From Candidatus Omnitrophota bacterium (GTDB lineage: Bacteria; Omnitrophota; Gorgyraeia; 2-01-FULL-45-10), in the NCBI GenBank assembly GCA_020057115.1, contig JAGVGJ010000010.1:615-64614 (forward strand): 64,000 nt of DNA, written 5' to 3'. The position numbers and the translations under genes were made by a program. The notes beneath the pieces are model-generated. The model was not told the DNA's origin. It saw nothing but the letters and a program-made list of their open reading frames with translations, and searched no databases. Shown piece after piece: positions 56,262 to 64,000 of this stretch (positions are counted from its first letter, which is position 1; every line of letters begins with the position of its first letter).

Positions 56262-58741
56262 ATGAATATGAAAAAACTAACCATAGCGTTAATGATCCTC
56301 GCGGCGATCGGCATATTTGGATGCCTGTCGACCGCCTATGCCGAAAATAACACATGGGATGGTTCTGAATCTAATCTATGGAGTGCCCAGGCAACTGGAG
56401 CCTGGGTCATGATCCTAACCATGCCGGCTATGGCGGTGAAGTTGCCAGCCTAACATCATCTTATTCAGATCCGGTCCTTAACATGACTACCCCCGCACTC
56501 TCCGGCCTTACTATAGATTCAACGAACCTTACGGCGTCGGCAAGCGGTTTTACGCTCAACGTAGGAAGCGCCTCTTCATCCGCCAATATGATACTTAATA
56601 ACACGGCAGACACGCAAATGAATATTGGCAGTTCGGACTCTAGTTACAACTTTACCACGAAGGTATATGGCAACCTTACCGCAAATGATGACAAGATCAC
56701 CGTGTACAGCACTATAGACTTGATCACAGCTCCAAATAGTATTGAATTCAGGAACCCCGGCGGAGCGATATTTAAAAATGTAATTATGGAATTTAATGGC
56801 GGCAATACTAGTCGCATCGTTACCATGTATAACAATACCACGATAGATGGGAATCTGACCCTGCGGAATAATTTCTCAGGGAACGGAGGCATTAGTCTTA
56901 TGGGCTACGGCTCCCCGATCGTGGCAGTTATCGGTAATTTCGACATGCCATATTCAAGCGCCAACGCTGGTTTTAACAGATTCGGAGACGGCGGGCATAA
57001 TTTAAATTTTAGGTTAGGCGGTAACCTAACCGTGGGGGAGTATTATTCCGCAGCCCCTACCACCGAGATACTATTAGATGATATCACTTTCAATGGGACT
57101 GGCAACCAGGCGGTGAATATTACGCCAAACAATAGCATCGTCGGCACAAACCAGAAATCCGTATTCATCGTTAATAAAGATAGCGGCGCTGTGGCTTATG
57201 AGACAGGCAGCTATGCTCAAAAATATCTGCCCTGGTATATTAATAAAGGAGAGCTGGCCGGCACTATTGCGTCCGGCACTATAACGTCCGGAGCTATAAC
57301 TGCATATAATCATTTTGCCGCAACAACAGACGCGGTATTTAGCGGATCGTTATCGTCCAATCCGTCAACCGTAACATTAGATCCTATTTACTCAAATATA
57401 GAAGTTGATAATCCGAGCTCTACGGGGTTCACAAGGGTCGCATCGTTGCTTGGAGCAGATTATAAAGCCCCGGGCGGTGAGCATTTTAATGATCTTACGC
57501 TAATCACAGGGGCTGTTGGTTCCGGAGCTGGAGTTGGTCATGTCGCTTTTTACGGAAACGCAAGCACTAGCGATATCGATCTTTACGTAGACGGAACATT
57601 TAAGGTAGACAGGCCTGCCGGAGCCACGAATACCCTGTATGTCGATGGGTCAGCTAATAAACCGACGCTTCAGGTCTATGACGCCGTTTTTACAGGCACA
57701 AGCGGGACTTTTTCTGTAGGATCTGCATATGGCATGGACATAAATATAAGTAATGATTTTACGTTGAGTTATGCCAATGGTTCTATTAACAACACCACTT
57801 TAAAGTTTAACGGCGCTGACGAACAATTGTTTACATATACGGCGGGCACTATTCACGCTACTTCCTCGTTGGTGGTAGACAAACCGTCAGGCACGCTTAA
57901 ATTTATGAGTGATAATAAGACGAGCAATGCCTCGCTCACGGTTTCAAGCGGCACACTCGATCCTAACGGTAATACATTTACCGTCTATCAAAAAAATATC
58001 TCTATAGGAGCTGACGGCGTGATCCAGGGTAAAGGTACTATCGGTATTACGCAAGATGTTCCAAAGTCTTATACCTTCACCAATAACGGCAAGGTCATAG
58101 CCGATGGCGGCGGGGCTGACAGCACGCTAACCATCAACACTACGGGCGCGATCAAAAACACTTTTGATAATACCGGAGATTCCGGATGGTATGCTTTGAA
58201 TAAGGGCATGCTCGCGCTGCCCGGCCAGAGCATTACTACCGGATCGAATAAGACCGTCTATTGGGGTGAAGAGGCTGATGCCGATGCATTGCCTGATATG
58301 GTCAATAGCGCCAAGCTTACCTTTAACAATGTAAGTTCGGTAGGTACTTTCAGCATCAACCTTATGGCTTCGGATAGAAGCGATATCGAGGTCTCTCTGG
58401 ATAATCAAGCCTATGCGAGTTATTGGGATGTCAATTTTACCGGCGCCTTCAATTATGTTGACATGATATTTAAATATGACGATTCTATGGTTCAATCCCT
58501 TGGTATTGAGGAATCGACGCTGAAGTTCTACCACTTTACCGGTGGGGAATGGGTCGATGTCACCACACAGCTTGATACCGAAAATAATCTCCTCTATGCG
58601 TCTAATGTTACTTCGTTCAGCGATTTCAGCGCGCAAGGTAACATTACAGCCAATGTCCCCGAGCCCGCAACGATGGTGAGCTTATTGAGCGGACTGGCGA
58701 TGATAGGTTTCAGGAGAGTGCATAGATCAGGTAAGAAATAA
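56262..58741 (+). CDS. PEP-CTERM sorting-signal surface protein 1, with an apparent frameshift between signal peptide and body
   Basis: C-terminus VPEPATMVSLLSGLAMIGFRRVHRSGKK is a PEP-CTERM motif followed by a TM helix and Arg cluster. The Ser/Thr/Asn/Gly-rich body reads in one frame from 56378. A canonical signal peptide (MNMKKLTIALMILAAIGIFGCLSTAYA, SD AGGAG upstream) is encoded 56262-56350 in a different frame that terminates at 56453. Confidence 0.6.
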
Positions 58742-58801
58742 TAGCGTTCTTTATAAAAAGTGATAAAAAATAATTAACGAGAGCTAAAAAACGAGGCGGT
58801 T

Positions 58802-60445
58802 ATGAAAGCAAAATTGATGACGAGATGTTTGATCCTTACGATTGCAATAATCGCGTCTTTCGCGTTTACTACCGGTGCTCATGCGACCGATTTCACTGGG
58901 AATAATTCCAATGTCTCGAATATAAGCGAGGGCAACTTTTATGATACCAGCACTAATCTCTATCCAAACGGTAGAGTGACTACGGGTAATTTCTACAATT
59001 CGAGCAAGAATTACGGCACTGTCACGACCGGCATCTTCAACAATACCAGCTATAATTTAGCGACCGCCTCATTTAGGGGTACCGTTGGTACTGCCACATT
59101 TAATGGCGGAGCTAGTATAGCCCTTTCCAGTTACAACTTAGGCGACGTCACCAATGGCACATTCAATGCGTACAGCCGCAATACGGCGAACGGTGCTATC
59201 AGAGGTAATGTGGGCACCGGCATATTCAATGATAATAGCTACAACGCAGCCGACGTCACGAACGGCACATTCAATGAGGATAGCAGGAATTCCGGTATCG
59301 TTACCACGGGCACATTCACCGGCTATAGTTATAATGCTAGCAGCGGTACCGTAGGTACCGCCACGTTCCATGATTGTAGCGCGAACGAAGGCACCGTTAC
59401 CGGTACTGCGAAATACATGTACGCGGATGGAGGCCTTATTACTATAGGTAATGGCATGTACTGGGGCAGCGGATCGGCAGGATCTAATGTTGATCAGGAT
59501 GATAGCGCTATTACACAGTGGGTATTCACCGGGGATGATCCTTATGCGGCGGGCTACAATGACGGCGATCTCGAAGGGGCCACATTCAATGGTTATAGCT
59601 ACCACAACATGGGCGTTGTAACTACTGCAACATTCAATGACGATAGTTATAACTGGAATGAAGTCGTAAATGCCACATTCAATGATAACAGCTTCAATGC
59701 TTATGACGAATGGGGTATCGTCACCAATGCCACATTCAATGACAATAGCTACAACGCAGTCGGCGGCGAGATTGAGAATGCCACATTCACCGGTACAAAT
59801 GTCAATGACGGCGCCATCACCGGCACCACGACGATATCGGCCGGCGCGACGCTTAGCGGTACCGGCACGCTCGGCACCTTGATACAAGGATCAGGTACGA
59901 TCTCCAGCATGGATGTTGTTATAGGAGACGGCGTTATGATGTCTCCGGGCTCTAGCCCCGGCATCTTAACAATAAGCGATGGCACGCTTACTTGGGAAGG
60001 TGGCGGAACAGTGGTGTTCCAGATATATGACACCTCATTAGAGGCCGGAACAGGATGGGACCTGATAAGATTGACAAATGGGGCTTTGCTTGATATTACA
60101 GCTACTTCAGATGATAAGTTCAACATAATATTTGAAGGTCTGTCAGGATTACCTGATACATTGGGGCAGCCATTGAACTTTAACCCCGCGCAGAACTACA
60201 GCTGGCTATTTGTAGATAGCTCTGATGGTTTAATATCAGGATTTAACTTAAATAAATTCAATATTACGTATAGAGGATTTACGGATCTGGCAGGTGGTGG
60301 TTTTACATTGGAAGAGGGGAGTATTAGGACCAAGTTCGAAATAGGGGCAAGCCCGGTCCCCGAACCGGCGACGATGGTGAGCATATTGAGCGGACTGGCG
60401 ATGATGGGTTTCAGGAGAGTGCGTAGATTGGGGAAGAAGAGATAA
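58802..60445 (+). CDS. PEP-CTERM sorting-signal surface protein 2 with about 20-aa G-x-V-T-x-G-T-F-N-x-x-S-x-N repeats
   Basis: Signal peptide MKAKLMTRCLILTIAIIASFAFTTGAHA. At least 12 tandem TFN/FN-containing repeats. C-terminus PVPEPATMVSILSGLAMMGFRRVRRLGKKR is nearly identical to that of the upstream gene. Confidence 0.8.
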   Translation: MKAKLMTRCLILTIAIIASFAFTTGAHATDFTGNNSNVSNISEGNFYDTSTNLYPNGRVTTGNFYNSSKNYGTVTTGIFNNTSYNLATASFRGTVGTATFNGGASIALSSYNLGDVTNGTFNAYSRNTANGAIRGNVGTGIFNDNSYNAADVTNGTFNEDSRNSGIVTTGTFTGYSYNASSGTVGTATFHDCSANEGTVTGTAKYMYADGGLITIGNGMYWGSGSAGSNVDQDDSAITQWVFTGDDPYAAGYNDGDLEGATFNGYSYHNMGVVTTATFNDDSYNWNEVVNATFNDNSFNAYDEWGIVTNATFNDNSYNAVGGEIENATFTGTNVNDGAITGTTTISAGATLSGTGTLGTLIQGSGTISSMDVVIGDGVMMSPGSSPGILTISDGTLTWEGGGTVVFQIYDTSLEAGTGWDLIRLTNGALLDITATSDDKFNIIFEGLSGLPDTLGQPLNFNPAQNYSWLFVDSSDGLISGFNLNKFNITYRGFTDLAGGGFTLEEGSIRTKFEIGASPVPEPATMVSILSGLAMMGFRRVRRLGKKR

Positions 60446-60480
60446 TATTTGTAAAATGCACAAAAGCAAGATTTTACCTC

Positions 60481-60508
60481 TTGCATAATTTTTTCTTCAG
60501 GGTATACT
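60481..60508 (+). promoter_or_regulatory. sigma70-like promoter candidate (TTGCAT - 16 nt - TATACT) for the R2 RNA-like element
   Basis: -35-like TTGCAT at 60481-60486 and -10-like TATACT at 60503-60508. No protein-coding ORF of at least 60 aa follows. Only a 41-codon ORF without SD lies at 60547. Confidence 0.3.
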
Positions 60509-60514
60509 TAAAAT

Positions 60515-60840
60515 TAGGAAGAGAGAAAAACTGAAATCGTTCTTTATGAAGTACTTGGCTACCCATCCGAAAGGGTGTCCGCCTAAAACGGCGGAGCGGC
60601 TAATGCAAGCGAAGATGCCGTGGACATCCCGACGAAGAAATAGTAGACGGGATGGCGAAGGCGCGAGATAGCGCAGATTCGTCGCAAAGCTATAGGGCCT
60701 AATACCGCAGGATATCCGAACCTAAGGACAAGATATCCGCCAACGGTGATGGCAGCCAGTTGCCGTTCGCGTTAACGTATAACGCGAACACGGGATTACT
60801 CCAAGCCCGCTTATGAAAACATAGGCGGGCTTTTTATTTT
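60515..60840 (+). ncRNA. candidate stand-alone structured small RNA (element R2, about 300 nt) ending in an intrinsic terminator. Paralog of R1.
   Basis: Multiple hairpins (CCGCC-TAAAA-CGGCGG, ATCCCG...CGGGAT, GCGCGAGATAGCGC, GGATATCC...GGATATCC, CGCGTTAACGTATAACGCG). Conserved blocks GTCGCAAAGCTATAGGGCCTAATACC (60681-60706) and ATGGCAGCCAGTTGCCGT (60749-60766). Both R1 and R2 begin near a shared GTTCTTT motif. Confidence 0.4.
60804..60840 (+). terminator. rho-independent terminator (GCCCGCTTATG-AAAA-CATAGGCGGGC followed by TTTTTATTTT)
   Basis: 11-bp stem with one G-U pair, a 4-nt loop and a 10-nt T-rich tail. Confidence 0.7.
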
Positions 60841-60888
60841 AAAATAGTTTGCAACAATTTGGGGGTTTTGAGCGTCTTATATAGTAGG

Positions 60889-60917
60889 GGGTCCAGGGGC
60901 CAGGGTCAAGGGTCCAG
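60889..60917 (+). repeat. GGGTCCAGGGGCCAGGGTCAAGGGTCCAG repeat, copy 3 (left flank of the four-helix-bundle gene)
   Basis: Identical to the 14518-14546 copy. 40 nt upstream of the four-helix-bundle gene start. Confidence 0.8.
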
Positions 60918-60956
60918 GGTGAATAATCCGGAATAAAACAAAAAGAAGGGGTAGAA

Positions 60957-61334
60957 ATGAGCGAAGGCTTTAAAAATTTAATAGTATGGCATAAAGCATA
61001 CGAATTAACGTTGGAAATATACAAAATGACTGCAAGATATCCAAAGCACGAACAATATGGATTGGTTTCGCAGATCAGAAGAGCGGCTATATCGGTTAAT
61101 GGCAATATCGCTGAAGGATATGAGAGGCGCCACAGAAGAGAATATATCCAATTTTTGAATATGGCGAAAGGATCCCTGGGAGAGGTGGAAGCCTATCTCT
61201 TGTTTTCGCAAGACCTAGGATATATAAGCATGGAACTCTACCGCGATGTGGACCTAAAACGAAAGGAGGTGGGTAAATTGTTAACAGGACTCCTGCGTTC
61301 ATTATGTTCTGGACCCCGGACCCTGGCCCCTTGA
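60957..61334 (+). CDS. four-helix-bundle protein of the 23S rRNA intervening-sequence protein family (TIGR02436-like, Avd-like fold)
   Basis: 125 aa. LIVWHKAYELTLEIYKMTARYPKHEQYGLVSQIRRAAISVNGNIAEGYERRHRREYIQFLNMAKGSLGEVEAYLLFSQDLGYI matches the family consensus (VWQKA..L...IY..T..FPK.E.YGL.SQ.RRAA.S...NIAEG..R.....F..FL..A.GS..E). SD GAAGGGG upstream. The last 9 codons run into the flanking repeat. Confidence 0.8.
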   Translation: MSEGFKNLIVWHKAYELTLEIYKMTARYPKHEQYGLVSQIRRAAISVNGNIAEGYERRHRREYIQFLNMAKGSLGEVEAYLLFSQDLGYISMELYRDVDLKRKEVGKLLTGLLRSLCSGPRTLAP

Positions 61335-61337
61335 CCC
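61309..61337 (-). repeat. inverted, unit-shuffled copy of the GGGTCCAG/GGGCCAG/GGTCAAG repeat (right flank of the four-helix-bundle gene)
   Basis: Plus-strand reads CTGGACCCCGGACCCTGGCCCCTTGACCC. Its reverse complement is GGGTCAAGGGGCCAGGGTCCGGGGTCCAG, built from the same units as the other copies. Confidence 0.7.
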
Positions 61338-61352
61338 TTCGTGAATTTGACT

Positions 61353-61382
61353 TTACAACAAGGAGGTGATAAATGTATAATA
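61353..61382 (+). promoter_or_regulatory. promoter candidate upstream of recA (TTACAA - 18 nt - TGtATAATA extended -10)
   Basis: TG at 61374-61375 and ATAATA at 61377-61382 (TGTATAAT overall), with a weak -35 TTACAA at 61353-61358. Lies 66 nt upstream of the recA ATG, which has a GGAGAAG SD. Confidence 0.3.
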
Positions 61383-61447
61383 TTTTACTCAAGTAGCATA
61401 ATTATGATATAAAATATAATGTAATATAACCTATAAGGAGAAGCTAA

Positions 61448-62524
61448 ATGTCGTTTAAAACAAAAACCGTTGATAAGGAAGATGTTAAGAAGAGAGAAGT
61501 GACGGAGAAGAAAGACCTTTCTATAGAACAGAAGGTGAAGGCCCTTGATCTGGCCGTAGAACATATCGAGAAGCAATTCGGAAAGGGCGCCATAATGAAG
61601 CTCGGGCAGGATTTTAAGGTAGACATACCGGCCATATCTACCGGGTCTGTCACGATAGACCTGGCTTTGGGCGTAGGCGGAGTGCCGCGCGGCAGGGTCG
61701 TAGAGATATTCGGGCCGGAATCGAGCGGAAAGACGACGCTAACCTTGAGCATAATTGCGCAGGCGCAGAAGCTGGGCGGCCAGGCGGCATTTATTGACGC
61801 TGAGCACGCATTTGACGCCGCGTATGCCAAGAAGATCGGAGTCAATCTCGACAATCTCCTCATGTCCCAGCCTGATACCGGCGAACAGGCGCTTGACATA
61901 GCCGAGACGCTCGTAAAATCCAGCGCCATCGACGTTCTCGTAATAGACTCTGTCGCGGCTCTGACGCCGAAGGCGGAGATAGATGGGGAGATCGGCGCTT
62001 CGCATGTGGGTTTACAGGCGCGTCTCATGAGCCACGCCCTAAGAAAACTCTCCGGTTCCATATCAAAATCGAAGACATGCGTCATATTCATCAACCAGAT
62101 AAGGGAGAAGATAGGCGTCATGTTCGGGAACCCTGAAACGACTCCGGGTGGAAGGGCGCTAAAGTTCTACGCCTCCGTCAGGATAGACCTAAGGCGCATC
62201 GCGTCGCTCAAGAAGGGCGAAGAGGCTGTCGGCAACCGCGTCCGCGCATCGATAGTGAAAAATAAAGTAGCGCCGCCGTTCAGGAAAGCCGAGTTCGACA
62301 TAATGTTCGACGAAGGCATTTCCAGGGCGGGAAGCATTCTTGATATGGCGGAAACTCTCGCTATTATCTCAAAGAGCGGCACATGGCTCACTTACGGCGA
62401 AGATAAGCTCGGCCAGGGCAAGGAGAATGCAAGGGTGTATCTGAAAGAGAACCCGAAGATCCTTGAAAAACTGGAAAAAGAGATAAGGAATAAGGGCGAT
62501 GTCGCAGTATCCGTTAAAGAATAA
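61448..62524 (+). CDS. recA: recombinase RecA
   Basis: 358 aa. [12 protein letters not shown], Walker [10 protein letters not shown], and L1/L2 loop regions all canonical. Confidence 0.95.
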   Translation: MSFKTKTVDKEDVKKREVTEKKDLSIEQKVKALDLAVEHIEKQFGKGAIMKLGQDFKVDIPAISTGSVTIDLALGVGGVPRGRVVEIFGPESSGKTTLTLSIIAQAQKLGGQAAFIDAEHAFDAAYAKKIGVNLDNLLMSQPDTGEQALDIAETLVKSSAIDVLVIDSVAALTPKAEIDGEIGASHVGLQARLMSHALRKLSGSISKSKTCVIFINQIREKIGVMFGNPETTPGGRALKFYASVRIDLRRIASLKKGEEAVGNRVRASIVKNKVAPPFRKAEFDIMFDEGISRAGSILDMAETLAIISKSGTWLTYGEDKLGQGKENARVYLKENPKILEKLEKEIRNKGDVAVSVKE

Positions 62525-63920
62525 GGTCATAGCGGTATCTCTGGCTGCACTGACTCTGTGCCTCGCGCCTAGTGCGTGGGGCGCAGATGTCAGGGCGCTG
62601 GAGAATGACTTCACTAAGGTAGCCGAGACCGTTGGGCCTGCAGTCGTCACTGTCGCGATGGAGAGGACAGGCAAGGTAAAGATATTCGGGCCTGACCAGA
62701 TATTCAGGAACTATTTCGGGCAATTGCCGGAAAGGGAGGTCAAACAGCAGGGGCTCGGAAGCGGCGTCATATTCGACAAGCGCGGATATATCCTTACGAA
62801 TCAGCATGTCATAGAAGGCGCAAGCTCCATAGCCGTGATACTTCCTGACGGCAGGGCATTTCCTGCAAAATTGCTTGGAGAGGACAGGAGACGGGATATC
62901 GCGGTCCTTAAGATAGAAGGCGAAAATATCCCCGTAGCGGAGCTGGGCAGTTCGGATAAACTGAAACCCGGACAATGGGCTATAGCTATCGGTAATCCAT
63001 TCGGCCATATAGTCAAGAGCCCCCAGCCGACCGTTACGGTCGGCGTGATAAGCGCGCTCCACCGCTCGCTTCCTGTTGCGAACCAAGCCTCAGACAGGAT
63101 CTATGTCAACCTCATCCAGACGGATGCGGCGATAAATATCGGTAATTCAGGCGGGCCGCTGTGCGATCTAAACGGTAAGGTCATAGGGATAAATGTCGCG
63201 ATGCTTGGACAGTCAGGCGGAAACGTCGATATAGGATTTGCAATACCGATAGATACGGTGAAGTCTGTCCTGGATGATCTTATTAGCGGAAAGAAGATAG
63301 CTTATGGCTGGATCGGCATCGGAGCGCAGGATATCACCCCTGAAATGGCGAAGTATTTCGGCCTCGACTCCACGACAGGAGCATTGGTAGCTGCCATCGA
63401 TAATAACGGACCAGGGGCTAAAGCCGGGCTTAAGGCAGGGGATGTCGTTCTGAAATTTAACGGCGAGGCTGTGAACGGCAGCCAGTCGCTGATAGACAAG
63501 ATCAATAATTCAAAGGTAGGGGGCGCGGCCACCCTTGATATCATGAGGGATAAAAAACCTTCTGTTATCCGGGTCATAGTGGGCTTAAGGCCTGACAACC
63601 GCCCGATCGCTCCAGAGACTGAAAAGGCCCCATTAGGCAGAGAGTCTAAAGCAGAGTGGAGGGGCATGAGGGTCTCTTCCGTAACCGATGAACTTGCTAA
63701 GAAGCTTAATATCTCGGACAGGCGCGGGGTAGTGATAACAGACATGGCTTCCGAAGGCGCGGCATATGCTGCGGGCTTGAGGCCGGGCGATGTCATAAGA
63801 GAGATAAACAGGCGCGGGATAATCGGCGTGAATGATTTTGCGGTTGTCGCAAGGGCGGTAAAGGGGAATGCCCTTGTGAGGACGGACAAAGGTTATTATA
63901 TCGTAGGAGAAGGTAATTAG
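62499..63920 (+). CDS. htrA: Do/HtrA-family periplasmic serine endoprotease with two PDZ domains
   Basis: Signal peptide. Catalytic triad context (TNQHVIEGA His, DIAVLKI Asp, GNSGGPL Ser). Two C-terminal PDZ-like segments ([20 protein letters not shown]... and [18 protein letters not shown]...). Confidence 0.85.
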   Translation: MSQYPLKNKVIAVSLAALTLCLAPSAWGADVRALENDFTKVAETVGPAVVTVAMERTGKVKIFGPDQIFRNYFGQLPEREVKQQGLGSGVIFDKRGYILTNQHVIEGASSIAVILPDGRAFPAKLLGEDRRRDIAVLKIEGENIPVAELGSSDKLKPGQWAIAIGNPFGHIVKSPQPTVTVGVISALHRSLPVANQASDRIYVNLIQTDAAINIGNSGGPLCDLNGKVIGINVAMLGQSGGNVDIGFAIPIDTVKSVLDDLISGKKIAYGWIGIGAQDITPEMAKYFGLDSTTGALVAAIDNNGPGAKAGLKAGDVVLKFNGEAVNGSQSLIDKINNSKVGGAATLDIMRDKKPSVIRVIVGLRPDNRPIAPETEKAPLGRESKAEWRGMRVSSVTDELAKKLNISDRRGVVITDMASEGAAYAAGLRPGDVIREINRRGIIGVNDFAVVARAVKGNALVRTDKGYYIVGEGN

Positions 63921-64000
63921 TTTGGAGACCGACAAGAAGAAGCAGAAGGCGCGTAACAATGCTTATTGCCTGATCCGTTCAAGACCGCGGAGCGAGCGCG

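Noticed and set aside
59138-59887. 249-aa minus-strand ORF and several small ORFs overlapping PEP-CTERM gene 2
   Set aside because: Antisense to the repeat-rich PEP-CTERM gene. Repeats in Gly/Thr codons generate long antisense frames by chance.
60547-60672. 41-codon ORF (MKYLATHPKGCPPKTAERLMQAKMPWTSRRRNSRRDGEGAR) inside element R2
   Set aside because: No Shine-Dalgarno. Highly basic, low-complexity product. The region's hairpin density and its terminator fit a non-coding RNA better.
60957-61334. Diversity-generating retroelement (Avd-like four-helix-bundle protein)
   Set aside because: No reverse transcriptase, template repeat or variable repeat is detectable anywhere in the window. The gene is more simply a member of the widespread stand-alone four-helix-bundle/IVS family.

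Overview
This 64 kb window reads as a bacterial chromosomal segment of about 50% GC, densely coded and almost entirely on the + strand. The gene content (PEP-CTERM proteins, a TIGR04073-like pair, one giant ORF) is compatible with an Omnitrophota-like lineage, but that is inference only.

Recognisable housekeeping genes:
- nusB-PHP-ribD-ribE
- acyP, ligA, xerD-like
- an rbfA-nrnA ... truB-ribF-rpsO-pnp cluster
- dut, uppP, ftsK, rodZ-like, rimO, pgsA, pgpA
- thpR and cinA (minus strand), recA, htrA/degP
- a tRNA-Pro(CGG)

Stand-out features:
1. A single uninterrupted 14,895-nt ORF (39244-54138, 4,964 aa). It has its own near-consensus extended -10 sigma70-like promoter. It encodes a mosaic giant protein: N-terminal TM segments, PAS, a GGDEF-like domain with a degenerate motif, two roughly 730-aa supermodules (novel H-E-x-x-C-H-x-K-G-H domain, HATPase_c, cytidylate-kinase-like domain with Walker-A Lys replaced by Arg), a third copy of the novel domain, a second novel domain present twice, an internal cluster of three TM helices and a TPR-like segment.
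2. Two adjacent PEP-CTERM proteins (one apparently frameshifted at the signal-peptide/body junction). They are bracketed by two paralogous structured RNA-like elements. The second element has its own promoter-like sequence and an intrinsic terminator. It shares a perfect 18-mer with the first. It also carries GNRA tetraloop and tetraloop-receptor-like features that loosely resemble c-di-GMP-I (GEMM) riboswitches.
3. A GGGTCCAG-GGGCCAG-GGTCAAG repeat family with four copies. Two copies sit in inverted orientation flanking a four-helix-bundle gene of the 23S-rRNA-IVS/Avd-like family.
4. A 330-bp block of nested inverted repeats downstream of ribE, and a related 21-bp palindromic hairpin after the tRNA.
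5. A TatD hydrolase fused to a TatD-associated radical SAM domain.
6. A CCA-adding enzyme carrying DHH/DHHA1 and CBS domains.
7. A roughly 9 kb insertion of signalling and envelope genes (response regulator, PP2C phosphatase, PilZ, archaemetzincin, LysM amidase, CDF transporter) between nrnA and truB.

No CRISPR array, transposase, integrase or reverse transcriptase was seen. All calls come from reading the sequence and ORF translations, with no database search run.
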